The notes beneath the pieces are model-generated. The model saw only the letters and a program-made list of their open reading frames with translations, searched no databases and had not been told where the DNA came from. Below, one piece after another: positions 34,690 through 46,719 of a stretch of DNA of 64,000 bases. Numbering within the stretch: position 1 is the first letter of the stretch; each line of letters opens with the position of its first letter. Source of the stretch: Sminthopsis crassicaudata (lineage: Eukaryota). A program made the position numbers and the translations under genes. The stretch is taken from contig NC_133620.1 in assembly GCF_048593235.1 (NCBI RefSeq), positions 101,186,852-101,250,851 on the forward strand, in the 5' to 3' direction.

Positions 34690-34910
34690 GGAAGTCTTTA
34701 TGGAGCATGAAGCTGAAAGTTAAAAGGCAGGAAGAATAAAAGTTTGGGATATACTAGAGCAATGAATTCATAACAATCTTCAAACACATGAAGAGTAGTG
34801 AACAGCTAGCTATCTTCTGTTTCCAATGAGAACTGACTAAAGTGAAAAACAGGCATATATTACAAATTAAAGCTAGATGTTAAGAAGAATTTTCCAATAT
34901 TCAGATATAT
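34690..34910 (+). mobile_element. CR1/L3 3' remnant
   Basis: atcttcaaacacatgaagag...tcttctgtttccaa...gatgttaagaagaattttcc resembles the L3 3' end. Confidence 0.5.
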
Positions 34911-35155
34911 GTTTATGTTTCACACAGTTGTGAAACTTTCTGGAGAGATCTTTCAGAAGGCATACATTTTCATCTTGCTAGATTATTAAATGCAAGATGA
35001 TCTCTGAAAGCAAGGGAAAGGAAAAGTTGGCCTAGTAATCCTTTTTGGCTTGACGAATTGATATGACTCATTTCTACAAATCCAAGAAAAGGATCTGAAG
35101 AGGTAGTATGCCCAGCCGCCTACCGACGTTCCCTGGCAATTACCTGGAAACCTAC

Positions 35156-35834
35156 CTTTGAACTCCATGTTGGCTGCATCTTCGAGAAGTTCTTCCTTCA
35201 TGATATTGAGTGTTTCCACGATCATATCCTTCATCTCCTCCTGCTTGCGATTGGCAATGTTCATCAGTGACTCATACAACTCATTTTCCTTCTTCCGAGT
35301 ATACTCAAGCCGCTTCGGTGTGATCTGCAGGTCACGCTGCATGTCAAAGGCCTGGTTGATAAAGATATCCAAGCACCGGCAATGCACCAAGTTCAGGACT
35401 GTGGCTGCATCTACAAGGTGCGTTTGCAGCACCTGGTGAGTGAATGTGTTCAATTGTCGCAGCTTATCACTCTGTTCCACCAACATACTCGGCACTTTGG
35501 CATCGAGGTCAGGAGTCCCACAGTTACAGTGACTGTCATTCAGGTAGTTCAGGTTCACCAGCTGTCGGTGAAGCGATGATCTTTCAGTCTCCATTCTTTT
35601 CTTGGGGGATGAGTTGGGGGAAATCAGCTCAGAGCCCAGTTTCGGCACTTTGAAAAAGAATATAGGCAGAGCAAGCCGTTCCCGGATGTCCCTCAATTCC
35701 TCCTCATCTCCTTCTGAGAGTTCATCCTTGTTGATGGCAAAGATCACCACAGGCAGGACACCATTCACTAATTCACTCAGAGTATCCACTGGGGGATGGA
35801 ATCCACGGCATGGCACGACCACAATGTCTACTTC
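35156..35834 (-). CDS. DSTYK: DSTYK exon 3 (679 nt)
   Basis: [11 protein letters not shown]...[56 protein letters not shown]...MEFK, within ORF 34986-35933; cag/GTAGGT ends. Confidence 0.97.
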
Positions 35835-37269
35835 CTGGAAAGTGGAAAGGGACCAGATCAACACTACTCTATTCCTAATTATGTCCCTAACCCAAAGCGA
35901 GAATCTGGCTGCCCTAAACTTATGGTCTGTCAATTTTTCACTTCATTCTTCTAGTAAGAACAGTTTTTGATACAGCCCATTTAGGTATCCACTCATATGA
36001 AGAGTTTAAATAGCAACAACAACAACAAAAAAAAAGTAGGATGGAATGGAGAGAGAAGGCCCCTTTGGTCATTTTAGGCTAAAATAGCATTTAATCTTTA
36101 ATTCTCCCATCTACTTAATCTACCACTAATGCCCTCAGCTGTCAAACGAGGCTGAAGGAAGAAGAAAAGACTGCACAAAGGATGAAGAATAAATTAATGT
36201 AGTAAGAAAGCAAATTCTCAGGCAGACTGATCTTGGCATTTGTTTGAACATTAAGACCAGCCTCAAACTTAAGCAGATTCAACCTAAGCTTCTTATTTTT
36301 ACTCTGAGATGACACCAAGCAGAAAGATGAAATGGGTATCTATGCAGACTTTCAAAGACTATCTTGGGTAGTTCCAGATTCTCCTACTCTTGCTAGTATC
36401 TCAAAGCACCTGTTTCCTTCACAGCTGACTGAATTCCCTAGGATTCTTCCAAATCCCTTGCCAAGGGCAAGTTCCAGCTATAGAGCATTAACTTGGGAGG
36501 CTGTATCAGACCTACAACTGAATATGATGCTCACTGTAATGCTCATGAAATTTCCAAGATTTGCAAACTTGTGTATTTTACAATGTCTGAAATGAACTGT
36601 CCAAACTTCACATCTCTAGCAGTTATTAGATATCTGGATTTCAAATAAAAATGGACTTGCAAAGACAAATATTCTCTCTCTTTCAGATAGATACTGTATC
36701 TCTCCCTTACTTTATTTGGGTAGTAAATATTTTTGACTTAACTTCCTATCCTTCTACCCCTTAAATAAGTCTCTATCCCTAAGTTTGTGCTTCTTTTCTA
36801 GACTGATAACAAGAATGAAGAAATGCCAAGCTATTGTTTTTACTCATTCTTCTTTCCATGTAACAAGTACTTTGGAATTTTTGCAATCTTTCTCATTCCA
36901 CACAAAACCTAAAGGTCTTGACCTCCTGTTCCCCCCCCAAGAAGCTTCAAGCAAATTTATTTCAGTTCTCAAATCAGTTGTTTTATTCAAGTTGCCATTT
37001 TGACTAAGTTTTCTTATGCTGAAATGTGCTCTAGCAATCTCAGTGTTTGGAATCTAGGGCCAAACAGCACAAATCCACCAACTCTTCACCCAAGGTTGCC
37101 ATGCCAAGATGAGATTGGCTGACCCATCTGCATCACAAAATGCATTAGTGCTATTCTGCTTAAAAGACTGGCTTGACACTTCTTCCTTTTGTTTAGTGCA
37201 AATCCATTTTCAACACCCTGAGTTGAAATAGTGCTTAATTCACTTCAGTAAAAAAAAAAAAATTCAAAT

Positions 37270-37845
37270 GACAGTAAAAAGAAGCAAATATATGGAATAT
37301 TATTGCTCTGTAAGAAATGACCAGCAGGATGAATTCAGAAAGGCTTGGAGAGACTTACATGAACTGATGCTGAGTGAAATGAGCAGAACCAGAAGATCAC
37401 TATACACGTCAACAACAATGCTGTATGAGAATGTACTCTGATGGAGATGGAAATCTTCAACATAAAGAAGAGCCAACTCACTTCCAGCTGATCAATGATG
37501 GACAGAAACAACTACACCCAGAGAAGGAACACTGGGAAGTGAATGTAAATTGTTAGCACTACTGTCTATCTACCCAGGTTACTTATACCTTCGGAATCCA
37601 ATTCTTAATGTGCAACAAGAAAATGGTATTTACACACATATATTGTATCTAGGTTATACTGTAACACATGTAAAATGTATGGGATTGCCTGTCATCTAGG
37701 GGAGGGAGTAGAGGGAGGGAGGGGAAAGTCTGGAAAAATGAATACAAGGGATAATGTTATAAAAAAAATTACTCATGCATATATACTGTCAAAAATGTAT
37801 AATTATAAAATTAATAAAAAAATTTTTAAAATTTTTAAAAAAAGA
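37270..37845 (+). mobile_element. L1 3' end, 5'-truncated
   Basis: atggaatattattgctctgtaagaaatgaccagcaggatgaattcagaaaggc...; A-rich tail at ~37810-37845. Confidence 0.9.
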
Positions 37846-38984
37846 AGCAACTACATAAATGCTTTGGGAAGAAACCTATATGTTTAGAAACAAAATGAAT
37901 TTCCACATAGGGGTCAAACTGGGATATTTTCCAAGGCAAATGCAGAAGTAAAGGAGGGGAGATGACTTTTAAAAATAAAAACCCTAAGTTAAAAAAGAAA
38001 CACATTTCTAGATTTCTACAGATTTCTCATAAGATATACCTATACCATATGTAAATCAGAATCAGAAATTTTATCTTCCAAATGGAAATTCTTCAAAACA
38101 AATTAATTGAATACCCACATGTGTGCAAATTCATCATAAAATGGGCTCAGAGAATTTCTAAATTTCCCCAGGTGACCCCTAGGCTAATTCATTTGGTACA
38201 GGTTAATAAGTCTTTCAAAATGCATCCAGTATGTAACAAAAGGTAAGGGAAATAGTTGTTATTTAATTCCCTTCTCACCTCCTTAGTCCCTAAATTAATT
38301 TAGTGAAATTTGTCTGCTCTGACCATCCTGAAAGTCAAAAAACAAGGCATGCTGCTGCCATTGACTTGGCAAGTATACAAATTAGATTGGAATGGGATAT
38401 GTGATTCTGCAATATTCACCATGAAGGGATGACTCATGCCAATGGCTGTAAACAAAAGGGGAAGCCAGAGCTGTCTCCAGGAGACCGGGAGTGAAAAATA
38501 ATAATTAATACAGTCAGAAGTGAGCCAGAGAGGTATGAAACTATGTGATGGCCCAGATGAGAAAGGAATGTGATCTTAAAACCTTTTTTCCCTATTAATC
38601 TTAAATCATTTTCCAAGCAGAATGCGTCAATTGACATATCCCATCAATTCAGAAGATCCCTCTTTATGTGAAATTAGTATTTGTATTTTGTCCAAACAAA
38701 TGAAACAGCAGAATTAAATAAAAGATTTTATCTTTAGCCTGATTAGAGAAAAACAATTTTCAGAGTGTCATAAGGTTATCTTCTAGTCTTCATTTATAGT
38801 CATTACAAATTCTCTGAAAAGATTGTTTTTAAAACAATCGCCTTCTTAATCCCACAGATAAATCAATCCCCAGGTTATTGGAACTGCTATGGAACTATAA
38901 ATGTTGTTGGCAGGTCTGAGGAATGCTATATTGATAAGCCAAACACAATTCAGAAAATTTCCAACTTCACTCCCCCCCTCCCCT

Positions 38985-39116
38985 AGGTAATTGGGGTTAA
39001 GTGACTTGCCCAGGGTCACACAGCCAGGAAGTGTTAAGTGTCAGAGACCAGATTTGAACTCAAGTCTCCCTGACTTCAGGGCTGATGCTTTATCCACTGT
39101 GCCACCTAGCTGCCCC
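38985..39116 (-). mobile_element. WSINE1-like SINE
   Basis: Same body as the copy at 2658-2802; no clean TSD. Confidence 0.8.
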
Positions 39117-40441
39117 TCAACATTTACTTCTTTTGAAGTGAAAAAAAGAGAAATATGAAACAGGACATTTTTAATAATGAGAAAAAAATTACTATTGTGT
39201 CTTTTTTTTTTTAAAGCACTAGCTTTTATAGAATCCCAATCATATGTTTTCTTGTCTAGGATATCTGTCATATAACTGAAGGCAATTCTGTTAACTAATG
39301 ATATAAACAGAAGATACCTACTGACTCAGATTAAGGTGGGTAGATGACAGATATCTTGGAGTTATGAATGTTTCTGAAGGCTTGGGACCATAACCAATCT
39401 GTAGAAGTAATGTTATTAGGGCACAGCTCTCACCCTGAGCAATTTCTTACTTGATCTCTATCAATCTCATTTCCAATTTCTTTCTACCCTGATTCTCTTC
39501 CTACCCTTCCACCTGCTACAGGTATATAGTGAAATGGTAATCCCTGATATTTGTTTGAAATTATAAGAATCTTCTCTTGATTCATTCCTATAACTTACCT
39601 ACAACACTTAAATACCACTTCCATATCTGGTAACGGTAAGCCTCTTAAGAAAAGCACTTTGAGTCTTGCTAGGTCTTACTTATGTAGCTGACCAGTGTCT
39701 TTTCCATGTACTTTCCCAAAAATTACATGTATTTCCTAATACAAATTCTTCCGGAAGGATTATCTTGGAAAACTCACACTAAGGGCTTCTTTTGCCTAAT
39801 TCGATTCATAATTTAGCAAGATCTATATAAGACAACCAAGAGCCCACAAAGAACTGACAACTAGTTTTTCTCCCTGTGATGGAAAAAGTCAATTATGGTA
39901 ACCCAGAAAGAGGGACACAAATAAGACCTGTAAAAGCATCAAGTATTCAGCATTTTATAAAAATCATTATGCAAGCAGATAGATATTTGTAACACCCAAA
40001 TGCAAAGGTGTTGGACAGACCTCATAATTGCCAGCTATTTGAAAAAGCAGTATCTCTTAGAAGTTCTGCTCTAGAGTTAATTAACAGGGAAGAAGACAAG
40101 TATTCTTTTTGGGCAAGGATTACACATTGCTTTATGCTAATTGCTTTAAAAGAAATGGACACCCATAATAATAAAGTCATCCTACCTTTCCTAGTATGGA
40201 TAAAAAGCTTTTCTGAGTTATAAGATCCAGTAAATCATGAAGGACCAGGCAGCAGAGTATAACAAGGGCTACACTTGGAGTTCAGGATACCTGAGTCTGA
40301 ATCCTGCCTCAGACACTTTCTAGCTGTATAAGTCTTGAAGCTAGTTCCTTAAGCTCTGTAAGAGTCAGCTTCTTCCCTTTAAAATGATAATAACAGCCAC
40401 TACTTCACAAGGCTGTTGTGAAGATCAAATGTTCTTGATAT

Positions 40442-40836
40442 AGTAGTATAGAGTGCGGAACTCTGGAGAAGCACACTTCAAAGAAGTATACTTCAAACAA
40501 GGTGTTAACTCAGTGGAATTGATAAGACAATGGTTATCTAGTTTACATATACTTAGTACTTAGCAGGGTGATGTAATGATTCTTCAGTTGATGTAATAGG
40601 GTAATTAAACTGAGGACAAAGTCAGCCATAGACATTCTATCTTTAACTATCCTCTTGGTGGCTCTCCTGCCTCCTGCACTATGGGGAAGACTGGCAGACT
40701 GGCAGAGGAGACTGGGTCAGACTATGACAGACACAGAAAAACTTTGGGCTTTATTCCTGACTATTCTCATGGTGATTATTCTGCTGAGACCAAGGCTGGT
40801 CCCTAGGCCCTCCAGAAAGCTAGCTCAGACATTACA
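40442..40836 (+). mobile_element. ERV LTR (LTR-A)
   Basis: LTR-like composition ending ...agctagctcagacattaca, then ttttggtgag. The 5' edge is uncertain. Confidence 0.6.
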
Positions 40837-41179
40837 TTTTGGTGAGGCATAAGCATAAGAATTACAAGAAGAACCAGCAGCGTTCCAGAGCTGTTTGTGA
40901 GAAGGATCCTTCCAGAGTTCCTTTGGTAACCTTGGGGAAGGAAAGGAAGAAGAACATTGGTAAGACTTTTTTAGTCGGGGTGATTAAATGAACCAACACA
41001 TCAAAGGGCCGAGCCAGGACACTGATGAGAGACTTAAATGCCTGTTTTGACTACAGTCCTCTCCTCAGTTTGAAAGTTTGCCTCCATGATAAGATCCAAC
41101 ACCTGCTAGGTGATAGTGCTGCTTGCATTCCTGTGTGCAGGCCATGATGTGGTAGGGAAATAACAGAAAAAAACGGAAT

Positions 41180-42070
41180 TGTTAAGGGGCAGGTCAATTC
41201 TCCGAGAGCCTCCACAGATCATAGAATCTGAAGGAGTTGCAGGGCAGCCTTTGCTGACACAGGTGTTGTGGACTGGGAATGAGATAAATTGGAGGCAGAG
41301 GGAAGAGGAGAGAGGTCAGACATCTGAACTGCCTCTCAGTCTCCTTGTATCATCCTCTCACAAGAGGAGATCCATTCTGCAGGTTTGGGTTGGATCTCCA
41401 GCAGCCACTGTCAGGTAGCTCCCCTGTATTCCAATAGCCCCCCTGTATTCCAATAGCCCCCGTGTATTCCAGCATAGTAGAAACCCTAATAGTATAAGAA
41501 ACCCCAAAATTTTCTCAAAAAAAAAAAGGAAAGAAAAACCAGACCACAGGTCTTGGGGAGAATGTAACTATTGGGAATGATATAGCACAAACTTGAAGAA
41601 TGTGTGTGAAAGTCAGGGAGTTTGGATATAATATTTTTATTCCACTAAACTATCCTTCAAGGATGTCTGGTTTGCCATCCCAAAGCCTGGATGGCTATGT
41701 TGCACCTGGACTCAAATAAAGAGAACTTCTTAGTTTCATGAAAAAAGAAAAGGAGTTGTTGTTAGCTCCCATTAGAAATTTCCCACCAATCATGTGGAGC
41801 CCCGATCCCATGATTCACTTATCCTGCTCTATTCTTTGTTCTGCACTCCCCAATTCCACCTCTATCAGTTTTCCCTCTAAATTTACATGTTTTCTCTTTT
41901 CTCTGTGCTATCTTCCTCTTTTGAAATTTAACCTGTATTAACTGACATTAAAATTATAATAAAACTTTGCCTCTTGGCTTAAAAATTAAGCTTCCAAATT
42001 CTTTTGGCACACTCATGATACTGTTCCAGAACCCCATTTGAAGATCCCATGAATCCCAACACTCTTAACA
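41180..42070 (+). mobile_element. ERV LTR (LTR-B) preceded by a polypurine tract
   Basis: Perfect 7-bp inverted termini tgttaag...cttaaca; AATAAA-like aataaaa near 41958; purine run agaaaaaaacggaat immediately upstream. Confidence 0.6.
41421..41477. repeat. 19-bp tandem repeat x~3 inside LTR-B
   Basis: cccctgtattccaatagcc at 41421 and 41440, with a degenerate third copy at 41459. Confidence 0.85.
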
Positions 42071-42981
42071 ACATAGGTAAAACACTGCAAATTTTATAGC
42101 TCTATATAAATGTTAGCTATTGTTAGTATCATCAATATTCTCCATCTTAACATCACTATATCCATAACATTACCATCTCTTTTGTTGCTGTACTCTAAGG
42201 ATCAAGGGACCTTTCCATCTGACTTTCAGTTGAGCCATTCCCTGTGTTGATTTCCCAATAAATGGTAGCTCCTTGAAGGCTGGAAATGGTCTTATTTTTC
42301 TATTTGTATGTTTAGCACTGTGCTGTGCATATTAGCAAGTACTTTTAAAATGCTTTAATCATTCATTTATTCATTATTCTGAGAAAAGAACAAGAGAAAA
42401 ATGTAAGTAAGCTTCAAGTTGGAAAAAAAGGAGATGTTTCAAAGAATGTGAATTGCTGCACATGGGAATGGGTTGAGATACTGGGGAAAATTACTTTTTA
42501 TGACATCCTTAAAGACAATTTATGTAAAAGTTAAAAGTTGGCCACCATGACTACAAAGTGCATGCCTATAAAATAAGACTCCATTCTTTTTGGCTTCTCC
42601 TTTTTTGAGGTCCAGTGAATCAGGAAAGGAAGTCAAAGAGAAAACAGCATCTTTAACACCTTATGAAATCCAAGTAGGGGTTCTACAGTCTATAAGTACT
42701 TGCAACTGCATACAAAGATTCTAGCAAATGTCTACTATTTAACTGCTCCAACCCCAAGAAAAAAGGTGAAAAGAAAGCTGATGTAGAATGGTATGAACCT
42801 ACTATTAAGAGAGAAAAATAAATGTATTAGTAGCAAAAGAAGACTGGACATACAAGAAGGTTTGGATTATTTGAAATCTTTATTGATTATCTTTTAAAAG
42901 AATAATTCTTAACAATGAAGAATAAAATTTCAATCTCTTTGCTTTTACCTATTAGGAAAATTTATTCTTTCCTTTAGGTGA

Positions 42982-43120
42982 NNNNNNNNNNNNNNNNNNN
43001 NNNNNNNNNNNNNNNNNNNNNNNNNNNNNNNNNNNNNNNNNNNNNNNNNNNNNNNNNNNNNNNNNNNNNNNNNNNNNNNNNNNNNNNNNNNNNNNNNNNN
43101 NNNNNNNNNNNNNNNNNNNN
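42982..43120. other. Assembly gap (139 N)
   Basis: Run of N. Confidence 0.99.
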
Positions 43121-43220
43121 AAGAAAAAAATATTCTTCTATCAATCCTATAGACATTCAATTTTTATAAGATGTTTTCACTAAGATTACTATACTATGTC
43201 ATATAGTAATGTTATACACT

Positions 43221-43333
43221 GGGGAAAGTAGGGAAGGAAAGAAGGAAATAGAAAAAACAGAGAAGACAGATGCTTCTGGGGAAAGTAGGGAAGGAAAGAA
43301 GGAAATAGAAAAACAGAGAAGACAGATGCTTCT
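43221..43333. repeat. 57/56-bp tandem duplication
   Basis: ggggaaagtagggaaggaaagaaggaaatagaaaaaacagagaagacagatgcttct occurs twice, differing by one A. Confidence 0.9.
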
Positions 43334-43478
43334 AAGAAGCTATAATTTAGCCTATGCTTGAACCTCCCTATCTCTTTTCAAAACAATTCTACTTTTTCTC
43401 ATAGTCAAGGTTTCTTTATATTAAGTATGTTTTCTGAATATTTTCCTTTCTTCTCTTACATACATATTTCTTCCTTTA

Positions 43479-43513
<35 letters not shown>

Positions 43514-43736
43514 GTGGGGTACCCTCTAGAAACCCATACTTTTTCCAGCTGGGAAGGTTTTTTAGCAGTTACCTAGTGAAAAATCTACCTGAATCACCAC
43601 ACCTTTTTTGATAGTCCAGCCTATGCCTTAACATTTAAGACTAGGCACTCACTGCTTCCAGAGTGTAATTAGCCACATTTTAGGATAATCTAAATTGTAG
43701 GAAATTCTTTCTTACATTGAGCTTAAACATATCTCT

Positions 43737-43886
43737 TCTTCTTTTTTTTTTTTTTTCCGCCCTGAGGCTGGGGTTAAGTGACTTGCCCAGGGTCACACAG
43801 CTAGGAAGTGTCTGAGATCAAATTTGAACTCTGGTCCTCCTGAATTCAGGGCTGATGCTCTATCCACTGCGCCACCTAGCTGCCCC
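43737..43886 (-). mobile_element. WSINE1-like SINE with 12-bp TSD
   Basis: TSD aaacatatctct at 43725-43736 and 43887-43898. Confidence 0.85.
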
Positions 43887-46719
43887 AAACATATCTCTCT
43901 ATAATTTTCATCCAGTGGTGAAATTGCACCGTGGAGTCAATAAATCCTTCTTGTACATGCCAGCCTTATAGATGACAACAATCTTACAAAATCTTTTGTC
44001 CAGAAAGAACACTTTATACTATAACCTTCCTCATTCCTAACTCCAAACCCCACCCCCCATTTACTCTTTAACTGATTATAGTATATAACCTCCTGAACTT
44101 GTCTGGTTAGCAGTGGATTAAAAATTATCAAAATAAGACTAACAGAGAGGCTACTAGCAGAAAAAAACAAAACAGCAATAAGAGTATATTTATAACTCTT
44201 TCACAAAGTATAATCTATTGTTAATTTATACAATGACAGACATTTGCATGAAAAAACTTCTGGGAAATGCAAAATTACAATTTCATTGAAAGACATTAGT
44301 GAAGAGAGAAACTTTTATTCCAAACGATCATATAATTAGAGATGAAAGTATTAATGTAAACAGAAATTCAAATTAATTTATTGATTGAGATCTAACAGTT
44401 TGGCTTAGGAACCACCTTAAACTATCCTAATATTCCCTACCTTGCACCTTAAATTCACAGACAAGTCAGAAAGCATCTGCTTCCAATAAATGGGTTGGTG
44501 GCAAGAGAAGCAAAAAAAGATCAGCTAAAGCAAATGTACCAAAACAACATGATAAGCCTGCTCCAGAAATGATCAAAAAATCCCAACTAACAGCTTGTCA
44601 AAAATCCAAGTCAGACAAGCAAATATAATCTCTGCATAACTCTCTAGTCCTCCTCCTTTCACACTCTCTTAATAACCATAATACCAGCACCGTGACATAT
44701 TTCTATGGGATTTCCCAGTTTGCAAAGGACTTTTCTTAAAATAATCCTGTGAGATAGCAGGGCAGTTATTATCCTCATTTGACAGATAAGGAAACAGAGG
44801 CAGTTAGAATTTAAGTGACTTGGCCAAATAAATGGCAGAGCCAAGACTCAAAATCAGGCAGTTCTAATTTGAAATCACACTATGAAAGGAAATAGTCTCA
44901 GAGTGGAGAAGAAGGAGGACTCAAGATAGAAAACTATGAAAAAAAGGGTTTAAGAAGAAAGAATGAGAAAAGGAACAAAATGAAGTAATTAATAAATGGT
45001 TTTGCAAGTAGAGAAATGTCTTAGTAAATAAGGATGTACTGGAAGAATAAGCCATGAACAGGTCCAAGTTGCAGACCACCTGCAGTGTTGTCTGATCCTG
45101 CTGATAACAAACACTAGCTAAGGTTTCAAACCATTCCTTTCTTATGTCCTTCTGGTACAGGACTTCCCAGTAAGAAGTCTCAGTTAAACTGCAAATGGAT
45201 TTGAAATAAAACACAGCACAATTGCACTTTTGTATGTGTTAGTTATTTATTGATTCTTTTGTAGGTTTTCTCTTGGTCTAGGCCTGTGATTTCATTAGTG
45301 TGGGGAAGGGTCAGTGAGGAAACTCCTTCTACCAAGGCAAATCCATAAATGTTGTGTAATTTTTTTAAAGAGTTGCTTGGAGCACTTCTTAAATGCCCCA
45401 AGTCCGGAGCTTCCTTAAGGATACATTACTCCATATTTTATATGTTTACCTAGTCACTTTTTTTTGTCTTAAAGACTTCAGATATAGTTATAACCAGGTT
45501 ATTCTAGACTCACATAGCTAATTTCACTAAGGCTATCTTAAAAATTAATATTAAGAATTCAATATAAACTTAGTGACATTGACAAATATAATAAAATATT
45601 CAAATTTATTAGATAGCTGCAAGTAAACTGATGAAATTAGCCATGTGACTTAGCCCAGAACAAACCATTTACTGCTAATTCATGAAGACTTAAAAGTGAG
45701 GCATTAAAAGAATGAGTATTGTATGAGAGGATAAGGGTGGTGGGAAATTCTGCTTTGATAATTTGACAGTTCAAAATGAACATCCCATTTCCCCTTATTC
45801 AATATTGGCTTCCTTTAATCAAATGTTTCCTTGACTTGCCACCCTTTCCAAATCAAGTGAAGTATTTGGAGCTGATTTGTCCTAAATATAACTTAGCCAA
45901 ACAAAGAAATCTCTGTCACAACCATGAGAAATGTGCAAGAGGGCTGTTAACTGCCTTATGCAGAGACTGAACTTTAGTGACTGGTCTAATTTAGATCGCT
46001 GCCTGAACACTGAACAAAATGATTAAGATCCATCCATCATCCTTGGGGTTGGGGGTGGGGAAGCAGAAGATACATATATATGTGAGCTATTTAGGTAGTC
46101 CAACCCAGCCAACAGATCAAACAGCAAAAAAGGGAATCCACTTTAAATATTCTGATATTTTCCACATCGATAGCTGGAAGGAACAAAGTAGGATTCAGGG
46201 CAGCACTTGGCAAAAAAAAGTTTCATGAGATGCTCATCAACTGAGGAATGCAATTAAGTGGTAGAACTGAAAAAGCCCTAGACTTAAAAGTCAAGGAGAT
46301 CTGAATCCAAATCTTCCCTTGACACTCATTGACTCTGGGCAAGTCATTTACTTCTCAGCCTCAATCTCCTCATCTATAAAAAAAGGACAACAGCACTTAA
46401 CCTCTCAAGGGTGTTGTGAAGATCAAATGAAATAACAAATGCAATGTGCTGTGCAGATTTTAAAGAACTGTAAGAGTGCTAGCCATAATTATTGTTGTTT
46501 CTGTTGTTAGAGTACATGAACATAATGGAATACCACAATATTGTACCATAAAAATGATGAATGGGGTGGATTCAGAGAAAGCTGGAAAATTTATATGAAC
46601 TGACTCAGAGAAGTGAATAAAAGCAGGAAAATAATTTATGCAATAATAACAATGTAAAGATAAACTTCTTTGAATAACTCAAGAATTTTGATCAATTAGA
46701 AGCATTCCCAAAAAGATCA

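Noticed and set aside
35158-35970. Plus-strand ORFs antisense to DSTYK exon 3 (and similar ones over exons 2, 8 and 13)
   Set aside because: Shadow frames of a real coding exon, with no independent start or splice support.
38062-38137. Box C/D-like pair 76 nt apart on the minus strand in DSTYK intron 2
   Set aside because: No terminal stem or recognisable guide; expected by chance in AT-rich DNA.
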